Source of the DNA: Promethearchaeota archaeon
GTDB taxonomy: Archaea; Asgardarchaeota; Lokiarchaeia; Sigyniarchaeales; SOKP01
NCBI GenBank assembly: GCA_048941285.1
Contig: JBHLNS010000005.1
Span: forward strand, 66,169-130,168
Direction of reading: 5' to 3'
DNA: 64,000 nucleotides
Positions 37,265-46,960 of the stretch are shown here, piece after piece; position 1 is the stretch's first letter, and each line of letters starts with the position of its first letter. The translations under genes and the position numbers were made by a program. The notes under the pieces are model-generated. The model searched no databases. It saw only the letters and a list, made by a program, of their open reading frames with translations, and was not told the origin of the DNA.

Positions 37265-38020
37265 TTAATTTCCTATTTTAGGCAAATTGATTTCAGAATT
37301 TTCTTCTCCTATAATAAATGTATAATCATATAATGTTTCTGTATGTTCACCATTATGCTGAATTGACACTGTACTTGCTTTGGGACCATATCTTTTCAAT
37401 ATACTGATAATTTTTCCAACTTGTCCAATATTTTTTCCAGAAATAATGATGGCAATGTTATTTTCTTTAAATTTTAATATTTTTTGAATTTCTTGATCAG
37501 GAATAGAAATTTTCAAAACATCCATTCTCTTAAATTTATCTTCTTTAGGTTTTCTCGGATCTTGAACTTTAACTAATATATTTCTCCCATCATGAAGATT
37601 TAATTGAACGTGACCTCCTTTGGTGGTAATTTTATTGTTTATTCTGCATAATTTGAAATTGCTTTCTCCTTCAGTTATTTCATGAAGAATTAAACCATGA
37701 TGCGAATCTGGTAAAATTCTATAATATTTATTCATCTTTTCAATTGATAATACATCCATAAGTCCTATAGGGTAAGATTTATCCCTAATTACTTTTCCAT
37801 CGACTTTAAAATATCCTAATCCAATTAATTTTTTAGCTTCCTTATGTGTATTAACAATCGTGAGTAGATCTCTTACAATATGAAGAAGCGGTAAACAGAA
37901 TCTGCTAGGATGAGGTCCTGGAGTCGGATTTACAAAAAACGTCCCTTGTTTCCTTTTAATTTGTAGATGAGCAGGAGTATTAAGTCTTTTTAATGTCTTT
38001 TGACCACCATGCCGAGTCAT
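37265..38020 (-). CDS. rps4e: 30S ribosomal protein eS4
   Basis: PGPH, PIGLMDV, LHDGRN. Confidence 0.96.
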   Translation of the reverse strand: MTRHGGQKTLKRLNTPAHLQIKRKQGTFFVNPTPGPHPSRFCLPLLHIVRDLLTIVNTHKEAKKLIGLGYFKVDGKVIRDKSYPIGLMDVLSIEKMNKYYRILPDSHHGLILHEITEGESNFKLCRINNKITTKGGHVQLNLHDGRNILVKVQDPRKPKEDKFKRMDVLKISIPDQEIQKILKFKENNIAIIISGKNIGQVGKIISILKRYGPKASTVSIQHNGEHTETLYDYTFIIGEENSEINLPKIGN

Positions 38021-38023
38021 ATT

Positions 38024-38452
38024 TTATTTTTCCACCTCTTTCCCTTTTTTTGGGCCTTTTAATTCTTCATCATAAAAGCCATATAAAGCCTTTCTTTCAA
38101 TCATACTTGCTCGCCAGGGATCCATTTTCTTCTCTTTAGTTAATTTCGTTATGAGTAGATTCGATATATGAATCGGAGGGTTAAATTGTGTACCATCAGT
38201 CTTCTCGAATTGAGCTTCTTTAATCTTAGCTCGCTGATTTTTAGTAATTTCAATAACTTCTCCTTCAAAATCAGTAAATTCTCCACTAATTATTCTTACA
38301 TGGTCCCCAACTCTAAGGGGGAGTCTCTTAATGCCATATTCATCACGGAGAAAATCAGCTACCCTTGTACTAAGCAATTTGGAACGTTGATGATTGCTAT
38401 AATTGTACAAAGCTTTTCTTTGTTTTCTTGCTTTTTGTGATTTTACTTTCAT
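38024..38452 (-). CDS. rpl24: 50S ribosomal protein uL24
   Basis: SQKARKQRK, LRVGDHV, IHISN. Confidence 0.94.
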   Translation of the reverse strand: MKVKSQKARKQRKALYNYSNHQRSKLLSTRVADFLRDEYGIKRLPLRVGDHVRIISGEFTDFEGEVIEITKNQRAKIKEAQFEKTDGTQFNPPIHISNLLITKLTKEKKMDPWRASMIERKALYGFYDEELKGPKKGKEVEK

Positions 38453-38466
38453 TTTGAATCTTCCTT

Positions 38467-38892
38467 TTATATTATTAATGATGAAATTGAAGCTAATCTC
38501 GGGAACAATTCTGCTGCTTCTCTTGCGATGGGCCCTCTTATTTCTGTTGCTTTTGGTTCTCCTTCTTTCGTCACAATCACTCCCGCATTATCTTCAAAAC
38601 AAAGTCTAGTTCCGTCTAATCGTCTGAAAATCATTTTTTGTCTAACAATAACGGCTTTTACTATATTTCCTCTTAATTCAGGTTTACCCTTTTTTATTGT
38701 GACGGTGCAAACACTTCCAACTGATGCTTTTGGTAATCTTCTTAATCTGGTTTTAAAACCATCTACGTTAATAATTTGAGCTATTTTCGCTCCTGAATTA
38801 TCTGTTATGAGAATCCTGGATCCATTACATAAACCATAACTTGTTCGAGTTTTAGTATAGGTTTTCCTTCCCAGTTTTCTTCTAGTGCCCAT
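38467..38892 (-). CDS. rpl14: 50S ribosomal protein uL14
   Basis: DNSGAK, KGKPELR, FEDNA. Confidence 0.96.
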   Translation of the reverse strand: MGTRRKLGRKTYTKTRTSYGLCNGSRILITDNSGAKIAQIINVDGFKTRLRRLPKASVGSVCTVTIKKGKPELRGNIVKAVIVRQKMIFRRLDGTRLCFEDNAGVIVTKEGEPKATEIRGPIAREAAELFPRLASISSLII

Positions 38893-39246
38893 TTATACCA
38901 CTCTCCCTGCGATTTTTCCTAGTACTATAAATGCTTTTGTTTTAGAAACTTTTCTCGATTCTCCTACTCTTACTAAATCTCCTATTTCAATCTCATGAAC
39001 TAAACAATCTGGTAAATGACAAGCCAACCTCGTATTTCGGCGTTCATATCTTTGATATTTTTTAATAAATTGGACATAATCACGTCTAATAATTATAGTG
39101 TTTTTTGATTTTTTACTTACTACAACTCCTTTTGTAATTTTCCCTCTTATTCTCGTAGTCCCATGAAAGGGGCAAGACTGATCTTTACAATCTTCAGCTT
39201 TGCTTTTAGGAGGAACTACACCAGGAATTCCAATATTTCTACTCAT
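38893..39246 (-). CDS. rps17: 30S ribosomal protein uS17
   Basis: CPFHG, KYQRYERR, SKTKAF. Confidence 0.96.
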   Translation of the reverse strand: MSRNIGIPGVVPPKSKAEDCKDQSCPFHGTTRIRGKITKGVVVSKKSKNTIIIRRDYVQFIKKYQRYERRNTRLACHLPDCLVHEIEIGDLVRVGESRKVSKTKAFIVLGKIAGRVV

Positions 39247-39557
39247 TTTTTAAACCTTCTTTTTTTCTTTAAACTCCTTAATCTATTTACAGGAAGCCCA
39301 ATAATCTTATTCCCTTGTACTTCTAAATAATAATCCTCTTTTTCATTCCTAACGTTTGGAATTTCAAACCTAAATATATAATCTTTTTTGACATATTTCT
39401 TTAATTCATCATTTTTTTCTGTAATTAGCATATCTCTTGTTTCATCAATCACAACTCCTATTGATGAGAAATTTTTTTCACTTAATCTTGATATGGGTTT
39501 AGCAAAAGCATAAAACCCAATTAAATCATGGTATATTAAAAATTTTGGATCTATCAT
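39243..39557 (-). CDS. rnp1: Ribonuclease P protein component 1 (Rpp29)
   Basis: HDLIG, GVVIDETRDML; canonical position between rpl29 and rps17. Confidence 0.85.
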   Translation of the reverse strand: MIDPKFLIYHDLIGFYAFAKPISRLSEKNFSSIGVVIDETRDMLITEKNDELKKYVKKDYIFRFEIPNVRNEKEDYYLEVQGNKIIGLPVNRLRSLKKKRRFKK

Positions 39558-39754
39558 AATTTTTCTTCATTCATCACGGTAAGTAATCTGGCAATTTGCT
39601 TTCTTAATAATTTTGCTTTAGCAGGGTTATCCGATAGCCCTCCACCAGTTTGCATTGAATATAAAACCATTAACTCTTCTCTCAAATTAATTAAAGCTCT
39701 TTTCCTTTCTCTATCATCCATTTCGCGTATTCTCTTGGCTGTTAAGATATCCAT
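39554..39754 (-). CDS. rpl29: 50S ribosomal protein uL29
   Basis: IREM, NP...LRKQIARLLT. Confidence 0.93.
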   Translation of the reverse strand: MDILTAKRIREMDDRERKRALINLREELMVLYSMQTGGGLSDNPAKAKLLRKQIARLLTVMNEEKL

Positions 39755-39781
39755 ATACCACACATCTTTATTATTATATTA

Positions 39782-40573
39782 TTATTTCTTTTCTGATTTC
39801 TGCTTTTTATTTTCTTTATCAGGAGTCAAAGATATTTCTGAAATTTCTTTTTCATCTACTTCATCAAGAAGTTTTTTATCATCAGCATCTATAACTCCTT
39901 CTTCCGCCTCAATTACATATTCTGCTCGTGTTTTCGTTAATTTTTTTTCCTTTTCTGCTTGAGCTTTTATTAAAAGATTATCCTTGATAATAATATCATC
40001 CCCCATTTTCGTATTTGCTCGCATAATTTTTACAATTACTCCTAAAACCCCTGACTTCTGAATACACTGAGCAACACCCTTATCTACTCCTTCTTGGGCA
40101 GGTTGGCCACTTTTAGACATAGTACCCGCACGAAAGATTTGTGTTCTTGCTCTTTGAGACGTAACTTTTCCTGAGATGATAATCTCAACTCCTCGTGCAC
40201 CAGCATCCATTACCTTTCTCAAAATATAATAACCCGCTCTTCTATAGTGCCTTCCCCTATCTAAACTATATGCTAATCTTTCTGCCATAATTTGGGCATC
40301 AAGATCAGGTTCTGCAACCTCCTCAACTTCAATCTGAGGCATCTCAAGCCCAAATTGATCTTGAAGTACGTCTGTTATTTCTTGAATACGTTTACCACCT
40401 TTACCAATTACTAGCCCTGGACGTGAAGTCTTTAATGTTATTCTTACTCCAAGTGGTGTACGCTGTAGCTCTACTCCTGCAAATCCTGCACGAATTAACT
40501 CTGAACGCAAATACTCATTTATTTGCATCAACTTAATTCCTTGTTCAATAAAATTTTTTACTAATGGGCTCAT
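39782..40573 (-). CDS. rps3: 30S ribosomal protein uS3
   Basis: RPGLVIGKGG, GARGVEIIISGK. Confidence 0.96.
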   Translation of the reverse strand: MSPLVKNFIEQGIKLMQINEYLRSELIRAGFAGVELQRTPLGVRITLKTSRPGLVIGKGGKRIQEITDVLQDQFGLEMPQIEVEEVAEPDLDAQIMAERLAYSLDRGRHYRRAGYYILRKVMDAGARGVEIIISGKVTSQRARTQIFRAGTMSKSGQPAQEGVDKGVAQCIQKSGVLGVIVKIMRANTKMGDDIIIKDNLLIKAQAEKEKKLTKTRAEYVIEAEEGVIDADDKKLLDEVDEKEISEISLTPDKENKKQKSEKK

Positions 40574-40623
40574 ATCTTCTCAATTATTTTCAATTTTACA
40601 TGTTATTCTTATAATTAATTCAT

Positions 40624-41103
40624 TTAACTTGGGAATTCATAAATGACAATTTCTACATGGGATAAATGTTTAAATTTTGCAGTACTACGTCCGTGAGCAC
40701 GTGGAATGTATCTTTTTATTATTCTTCCCCTATGGGTTGCAGCATGAATAATTCTGCAGAGATCGATGTCTAAACCTTTATATTCTGCATTTGATTCTAC
40801 AGATGTGAGAATTTCATATATTCTAGCTGCTGCTTTTTGAGGATAGCGCCCAGCATACCATTTAAACTGCTTTAAGTCAGCTTTATGAGCTACTTTTTTT
40901 TTATGTCGTCTAAATGGGACTGATTGTTCTAAACGAATAACTTTTTCTAAATAAGTTTTTGCTTGATCTACTTTCATTCCTTTTATTACAGCACAAATTT
41001 CCCTTGCTTGTTTTGGTTTAATTCTAATATCCCGTCCTGCTGCTTTTGCTATTCTATCTGCATCATATTTCTGTTCTGTAAATGAATAACCCCAAGTTGG
41101 CAC
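40624..41103 (-). CDS. rpl22: 50S ribosomal protein uL22
   Basis: GRYPQKAA, NAEYKGL, PRAHGR. Confidence 0.96.
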   Translation of the reverse strand: MPTWGYSFTEQKYDADRIAKAAGRDIRIKPKQAREICAVIKGMKVDQAKTYLEKVIRLEQSVPFRRHKKKVAHKADLKQFKWYAGRYPQKAAARIYEILTSVESNAEYKGLDIDLCRIIHAATHRGRIIKRYIPRAHGRSTAKFKHLSHVEIVIYEFPS

Positions 41104-41129
41104 GATTTATCATCTCTATTTTTTTGATT

Positions 41130-41705
41130 TTATTTCAATGGAACATATTTTGAACTCCTTGTGGCTCCTATACCAGGTGAGCCATGCTGTACTCGTTTTC
41201 TAGTTAATGAAAACTCTCCGAGATAATGCCCCACCATTTCTGGCTTTATTTCGACAACTTCAAAAATTCGACCATTATACACACCGATTTTAAGGCCAAC
41301 CATTTCGGGAAAAATTATCATATCCCTTACATGAGTTCTTGTAAGAAGATCCTTACCCCTTTTTTTAGCTCGATATGCACGTCTCAACCTCTCGAGTAAT
41401 TTCTTTTGTCTAGGAGGTAATCCTCGTTTTAATGATCGTCTTGCTCTAGCTGGTAATAATTGTATAAATTGATCCATATTCATTTTCTTTAATTCTTCAA
41501 GAGTAAATCCTCTATATTTGAATCTTAATCGATCCAACTCTGCTTCAGTGTCTAATTCTCCTTTCTTTGGGAAATCTTCTTCAAACTCATCCTCAGTTTC
41601 ATTTTCAGCCTCTTTCTCTGAATCTGAGTCATTTTCTAATTCATTCTGAAGCTCTTCATCCATTTCTTCTGATCTATTTTCATCAGAATTTTCATCTGGA
41701 GCCAT
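41130..41705 (-). CDS. rps19: 30S ribosomal protein uS19 with long acidic N-terminal extension
   Basis: [34 protein letters not shown]. Confidence 0.96.
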   Translation of the reverse strand: MAPDENSDENRSEEMDEELQNELENDSDSEKEAENETEDEFEEDFPKKGELDTEAELDRLRFKYRGFTLEELKKMNMDQFIQLLPARARRSLKRGLPPRQKKLLERLRRAYRAKKRGKDLLTRTHVRDMIIFPEMVGLKIGVYNGRIFEVVEIKPEMVGHYLGEFSLTRKRVQHGSPGIGATRSSKYVPLK

Positions 41706-41932
41706 TTTATAACCAATCTGTTTGTTCCATTTATATTATTCTGTTATTTTTTCTTTTATATTATATTACGGTAAGGTTTTAAGTGTATAATAGAATTTTA
41801 ACTTTTAGGTTAAGCTAGTAAAAATCATAAAACTTATAAGTGTAGGTTGAATTTTTGAAGAGAATCTCAGTTGCCTTTCTGTTATAATTTATGGAGAGTT
41901 TATTGTCTACTTTTTGTAAGATTAAAAAAAAG

Positions 41933-42625
41933 TTATAGGTAATGATTTGGATTAAAAACTCTCTCTATGTCATTCTCATCAAATTTTCCTTCCCATCTTT
42001 CTATGATAATAGCAAACTCATCTACTCCTTTATTAGGATTAATAATGGAATGATACGTATTTACTGGGCTATTAAAAATTGTATTATTCTCTACAAAATA
42101 ATGTACTTTATTGTTATTGATAATTATTGGCTTTCCTTTAAGGATTTCCCAATTTTCATTTCTGTATTTGTGAGTTTGAATTGAAAGTCCAAATTCAGGT
42201 CTAACAAAAATTAAATTATACTCTAGATAGCTAAATTTAAAACTATACCATTTAGGAAGCGTGTCAATATACCCTTCAGGGATATTATAAATTTTTTTTA
42301 AGAGTTCGGGGTTAAGTTTAACCTTCTTAGACAACTCAAATTTATAAGGATCATAAATAACTTCATGGTTGGAAATATCTTGATTATATTTAAGATTTAA
42401 AACTTTATTTCCTTTATTTATTACCATATAATAAGAATCCGGAGCGATTAATAAATCTGAATATGATATTCCCTTAACTTTAAAGGAATTTCCATTGATA
42501 AGATAAATATCTTTTAATTTACTCTTATTTATCTTAATCATCAATTTCTGAGAACTATTTTTTCTTAATAATGTGCCTTTTTGACTAGGAATGTTTTCTT
42601 GATACAAATTAGTAACTCCTTTCAA
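41933..42625 (-). CDS. Protein with C-terminal cupin (mannose-6-phosphate isomerase type II-like) domain
   Basis: LSIQTHKYRNENW, HSIIN, FDENDIER. Confidence 0.7.
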   Translation of the reverse strand: MKGVTNLYQENIPSQKGTLLRKNSSQKLMIKINKSKLKDIYLINGNSFKVKGISYSDLLIAPDSYYMVINKGNKVLNLKYNQDISNHEVIYDPYKFELSKKVKLNPELLKKIYNIPEGYIDTLPKWYSFKFSYLEYNLIFVRPEFGLSIQTHKYRNENWEILKGKPIIINNNKVHYFVENNTIFNSPVNTYHSIINPNKGVDEFAIIIERWEGKFDENDIERVFNPNHYL

Positions 42626-42630
42626 ACACC

Positions 42631-43590
42631 TTACTCATATAACTGTTTAAATTTTTCTTGAATTTCGTTTAGAAAAGGCATTGATTCTTGCGGTCCTTTT
42701 CTGGTAACTGCAATTGAAGCCGCTATAGTTGCAAACTTAACTGCAGTTAAAATTTTTTCACCTCTAGTTAACATACTTGCTAATACTCCTATAAAACAAT
42801 CTCCTGCTCCAACAGTATCAATAGGTTGAACTTCGGGGGGAGAAATTTCGAAAATTTCATTTTCTTTCCCCTGGAATAGTGCGCAACCTTTTTTTCCCAA
42901 TGTAGTGATAATATATCTTACACCTAAACTTGAAATGTCTTTTGCTGCTTGCATAATCTTTTGCATCCCTTGTCTATTTATTTTTTTAAAATCTAAAAGT
43001 GAATGTAATCTATAGAGTTCACCTTCATTGGGAATAATTATATCTACATTCTTAAAAATATCTATAGGAATTTGTTTCAAAGGAGCTGGATTTAAAATTT
43101 TAATAGCTTTTCCTTTAGAAGCTATTTTAAATATTTGCTGGATAGTATCAATCGGAATCTCCATCTGGACAACAATTGTTTTTGCGTTTTTAATTATCTC
43201 ATGTCTATCATCAATATCTTTAGAACTTAATTTTGAGTTAGCACCTGGCGCTACACTTATCATATTTTCTCCGTTTTGATCAATTAATATAAAGGCTACT
43301 CCACTAGGATTCTGAGGATCTCTAACGACAAAATCCATATTAATACCTTCATCTTTTAGTCGAGAAACCATCTGATCGCCAAATAAATCATTTCCAATCT
43401 TTCCTATAAAAATAGTTTTAGCTCCCGATCGTACCGAAGCAACTGCTTGGTTGGCTCCTTTTCCTCCTAAAAATTGTTTAAACTTTCCCCCTGTAACCGT
43501 TTCTCCGGGATTAGGAAAACGTTGAGAATAAATATTTAAGTCCATATTACTAGACCCAATTATTAATACATATTCAGCTTGCAGAGTCAT
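42631..43590 (-). CDS. rbsK: Ribokinase
   Basis: GSSNMD, GGKGANQAVA, LNPAP, DTVGAGDCF. Confidence 0.93.
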   Translation of the reverse strand: MTLQAEYVLIIGSSNMDLNIYSQRFPNPGETVTGGKFKQFLGGKGANQAVASVRSGAKTIFIGKIGNDLFGDQMVSRLKDEGINMDFVVRDPQNPSGVAFILIDQNGENMISVAPGANSKLSSKDIDDRHEIIKNAKTIVVQMEIPIDTIQQIFKIASKGKAIKILNPAPLKQIPIDIFKNVDIIIPNEGELYRLHSLLDFKKINRQGMQKIMQAAKDISSLGVRYIITTLGKKGCALFQGKENEIFEISPPEVQPIDTVGAGDCFIGVLASMLTRGEKILTAVKFATIAASIAVTRKGPQESMPFLNEIQEKFKQLYE

Positions 43591-43673
43591 AGAAATTTCA
43601 CAACGTTTTGAATATCTTTATAGTTATTTTTGTTTATATATGTTCTATTTATGGATCCTCATAAAATTTTATT

Positions 43674-43697
43674 TTCGATCAACTGTCTTTGATCGAA
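43674..43697. promoter_or_regulatory. 9-bp inverted repeat in a divergent promoter region
   Basis: TTCGATCAA-CTGTCT-TTGATCGAA. Confidence 0.4.
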
Positions 43698-43813
43698 TGG
43701 TTTTAATTGAATAATTTTTTAAAGATTATATTAATAAAAAATATTAATCAACTATATATTTAATTTGAATTAAGTAACTCAAAACTTAAATAAAATTAAG
43801 GAGTTGAACCACA

Positions 43814-44128
43814 ATAGCGAAAGATAAGATAATAGGGGCTATTGTCATGATTGTAGGAATTTTAATTGCTATAATCTATACAATGGGCTCTATCCTAGAT
43901 TTATTATTTAATACAATTTGGGCTCCGGCTACAGGTGAGTGGGATTCATGGCTGCATCTTTTTGGCGTTGATTGGCTTGACTGGAGACTTTTTGTTGTTG
44001 CCCCTATGTGGCTATTAGTAATACTCATCTCGATAATTGCTATCTGGATAGGATATAGCATGTTAACCACCCCAGCCCCTGTTCCACTCGAGGAATTGGA
44101 AGAGGAGCTAGCTTCTGAAGAAGAATAA
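43814..44128 (+). CDS. Two-TM membrane protein, DPM2-like; probable ATA start at 43814
   Basis: (M)AKDKIIG...YT...P...IGYSMLTT and acidic tail; AAGGAG upstream; in-frame TGA at 43805. Confidence 0.65.
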   Translation: MAKDKIIGAIVMIVGILIAIIYTMGSILDLLFNTIWAPATGEWDSWLHLFGVDWLDWRLFVVAPMWLLVILISIIAIWIGYSMLTTPAPVPLEELEEELASEEE

Positions 44129-44172
44129 TCAAATAAATTTTTTATTTTTTTTTTCCATTTTAAAAATGATTT

Positions 44173-45285
44173 TTAATTTTCTATTTCCTCAAATTTATAT
44201 GAAATAATAGTACCATCGTCATAACCGCAAAATAGCATTTTTTTTTCTGTAGAAAATTGAATGGAATTTAAACAAGAATTATAAATTTCTTTGAATAGGA
44301 TTCTTCCTGTTTTTTCTTCAAATATAATAAGCTCTCCTTTAGTAGTACCCCCACAAATAAGAAATTTATCATGAATTTCTATAATATTCAAACACTCAAT
44401 GTTAAATCCTTTTACTTCCCATTTTACTTCCATAGCTTCATTTAAACAGATAATTTTTGATGAAAAATCTCTATTTTCAAGAGCTATTGAATTATCAAAA
44501 TAATCAAATGAATAAGAACTAATAATAGCATTATTTAGTATTGGATGTGGATAAGAAAAGCATTTCCATATATAATCTTCAAATTCTATTGTTTTAAATT
44601 CAGTCTGAGTCTCTTTATTTATAAAATGTAATTTCTTATCATCACCACCACATAATACCACCAATCCTTTAATTGAGTTTAAATAAGAAACACATCGAAT
44701 TTTATTAGAAAATCCTTTAAACCACAGCAAATTTCCATCCATACCATTAAAGGTTCGTATTGTACCATCATTTCCCCCAGCTAATATAATTTTTTTGTCG
44801 TTTGAAAAAATAGTTGCATCTCCAATCCCATCTTCAAAAACTTGGCCCCAAATTAAACTTCCATCTAATGAATTTAAAACTCTTATTGTTTTATCAAGTG
44901 AGTATACAATTAATTCACTCAAGTTATCATTATTAATGTCCTCTATAAGGAACCCACTAATAGAACTGTTAAACTTATGATTCCATAATTTTTTTAAATT
45001 ATAGACTAAATTACACTTAAATATCCTTAATATTCCATCCATTCCGCCAAGAATTAATTCATTGTTTCTATCATTATTGATATCATAAATCCTTAAATGC
45101 CAGATTGGTACATCTTTTGAAATCAGTTCTTGATGTATTACCTCACCTTTTTGAGATAAAATCACTAATGTTCCAGTACGACTAATCGCAACTATTTCAA
45201 AATCTCCATTATTATTAATGTCTCCTAATTCAATATCCAGTAAAGACTCCTTATATCTAAAATTCCAAAATTCTTTAATTTGCAC
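44173..45285 (-). CDS. WD40/FG-GAP-like beta-propeller protein
   Basis: Repeated DINND motifs and GGxDG.IR / G.L.W blades. Confidence 0.8.
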   Translation of the reverse strand: MQIKEFWNFRYKESLLDIELGDINNNGDFEIVAISRTGTLVILSQKGEVIHQELISKDVPIWHLRIYDINNDRNNELILGGMDGILRIFKCNLVYNLKKLWNHKFNSSISGFLIEDINNDNLSELIVYSLDKTIRVLNSLDGSLIWGQVFEDGIGDATIFSNDKKIILAGGNDGTIRTFNGMDGNLLWFKGFSNKIRCVSYLNSIKGLVVLCGGDDKKLHFINKETQTEFKTIEFEDYIWKCFSYPHPILNNAIISSYSFDYFDNSIALENRDFSSKIICLNEAMEVKWEVKGFNIECLNIIEIHDKFLICGGTTKGELIIFEEKTGRILFKEIYNSCLNSIQFSTEKKMLFCGYDDGTIISYKFEEIEN

Positions 45286-45464
45286 AGTGAAATGATCAAA
45301 TATTGTTAAAAAGTTACAGTTTAAACTTAAAAAATAATAAATAATTGATAACTTTTCCCAATAAAAACGAAATTTATATTTTTTATATTATTATCTAAGT
45401 TAGGATTATTATAAAATAATCATAATATGGAAATTAAGAAATAACAGAAAGGAGTCAGAAAATA

Positions 45465-45662
45465 ATGTCCTTTGATATAAAAATAGATAAAGATGCTTGC
45501 ACCGGTTGCGGTACATGTTATGAAGTATGCCCTTCTGAATGCTTTGGTGAACCTGAAGGAGGAAAGGTAAACATCCTGGAAGAAAATAGAGAAGATTGCG
45601 TTGGTTGTAGGGCATGTGAAACTCAGTGTCCTGAAGAGGCAATAGAGATTATAGAAAACTAA
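45465..45662 (+). CDS. 2x[4Fe-4S] ferredoxin
   Basis: CTGCGTCYEVCP and CVGCRACETQCP. Confidence 0.95.
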   Translation: MSFDIKIDKDACTGCGTCYEVCPSECFGEPEGGKVNILEENREDCVGCRACETQCPEEAIEIIEN

Positions 45663-45733
45663 CTTTAAGAAAAAGTAATTATATATTCTTTTTTTTATCT
45701 TTTATTTGCTGCTTTTTTTTTTTAAATCATTAT

Positions 45734-46864
45734 CTACCATAATAGTATTCTACCACATTTTTTGCAGATACCCTCAGTAACTTGTGTGTTGATACAATTT
45801 TCATGGTAAGGAGCCTTACATGCTTGACATAGATAAATTTTTCCTTTATATTCTGTAAAGTCGTACCCACAATAAACACACTTACTTGCATAAGAGAAGT
45901 CAGTACTGTTGATATTCGCTTCCATAATCTGAGAAGTTTCTGTTAAACCACTCTCTCCAAGAGAAGGTGTCAAATAATTTTCTTGTGAGTTTGGTGAAAT
46001 CCATTGTTCTTCTAAAGGTGTTTGATAATGTTGTTGAGGTTGAGCCTGATTTGTTTGCCAATCAGAAACATATCCTGGTGTTGGTTTTTTTGAAATGCCC
46101 ATTTTTTGTGATACCTTCTCATCTAGAATATTGGTAAGAATTAGAGCAGAGGCATATTTACCTTTAGCGCCTCCTTTTTGTAAATGAGTATGGCTAATCA
46201 TATGAATAACTCGGCCTCCCATCTTCCCATAGTCAAACTCTACAAGTACAGGTGATTCACCCCATTTATTTTGAATCTCCCAAGAGCCAATTAGCACTCT
46301 AACAGCTTGTGGGTTTATAATTTGTATAGGAAAAGATCTAGTCTCTAACCACCAGCGAAATTCACTTTTTTTAGTGTTTTTGATAGCTTGTTTTTGCCAT
46401 TTGCTTTGCTGGATTTCACTTAAAACACCATCTAAAAAGGGATGATTGGGGTTAATAATTTGACACGCAACTACAGCATCGGCTGTTCTTGCACGGTTCC
46501 ATCGAATAAATCCAGGGAATATATTTTCAATAATGCTTTGTATCGCCCAATCAGTTGTGATTAACCATCCACCATTCATTACAAAATCTTTCACTTTTGG
46601 ATAAGCTGCATGTGGTATATCGCTTCCAGGACATCCAATTAGTACAACATCATATTGAGATAATTTTTCTTTCATAATGTCTTTTTCTCTAATTACATTT
46701 TTTAATGATGCGTACATATGCTCTATCACTTTTTTAGGTTTTTCATATCTTCCATTAACTGCTAAAATTTTCCCATGTTTTTCAACGGCTTGCACAACAT
46801 CCTTTTTATCAAGGGCTTCCATTTTACGTTTCTTTACTTCCGAATAAAGGTCCTTCCAACTCAT
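45734..46864 (-). CDS. GATase-like domain protein with C-terminal C4HC3 (PHD/RING-like) zinc finger
   Basis: FV.NGG.LITTDWA; Q/P linker; CVYC..CQAC....H..C..CKKC. Confidence 0.65.
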   Translation of the reverse strand: MSWKDLYSEVKKRKMEALDKKDVVQAVEKHGKILAVNGRYEKPKKVIEHMYASLKNVIREKDIMKEKLSQYDVVLIGCPGSDIPHAAYPKVKDFVMNGGWLITTDWAIQSIIENIFPGFIRWNRARTADAVVACQIINPNHPFLDGVLSEIQQSKWQKQAIKNTKKSEFRWWLETRSFPIQIINPQAVRVLIGSWEIQNKWGESPVLVEFDYGKMGGRVIHMISHTHLQKGGAKGKYASALILTNILDEKVSQKMGISKKPTPGYVSDWQTNQAQPQQHYQTPLEEQWISPNSQENYLTPSLGESGLTETSQIMEANINSTDFSYASKCVYCGYDFTEYKGKIYLCQACKAPYHENCINTQVTEGICKKCGRILLW

Positions 46865-46960
46865 TTGATCAGCCTTTAAATAAAGTTATAAGGAATTTAG
46901 TGTTATTTTATAATTATTATAAATGAATTAATATATATATTTTGATTAAAGGGGATAATT

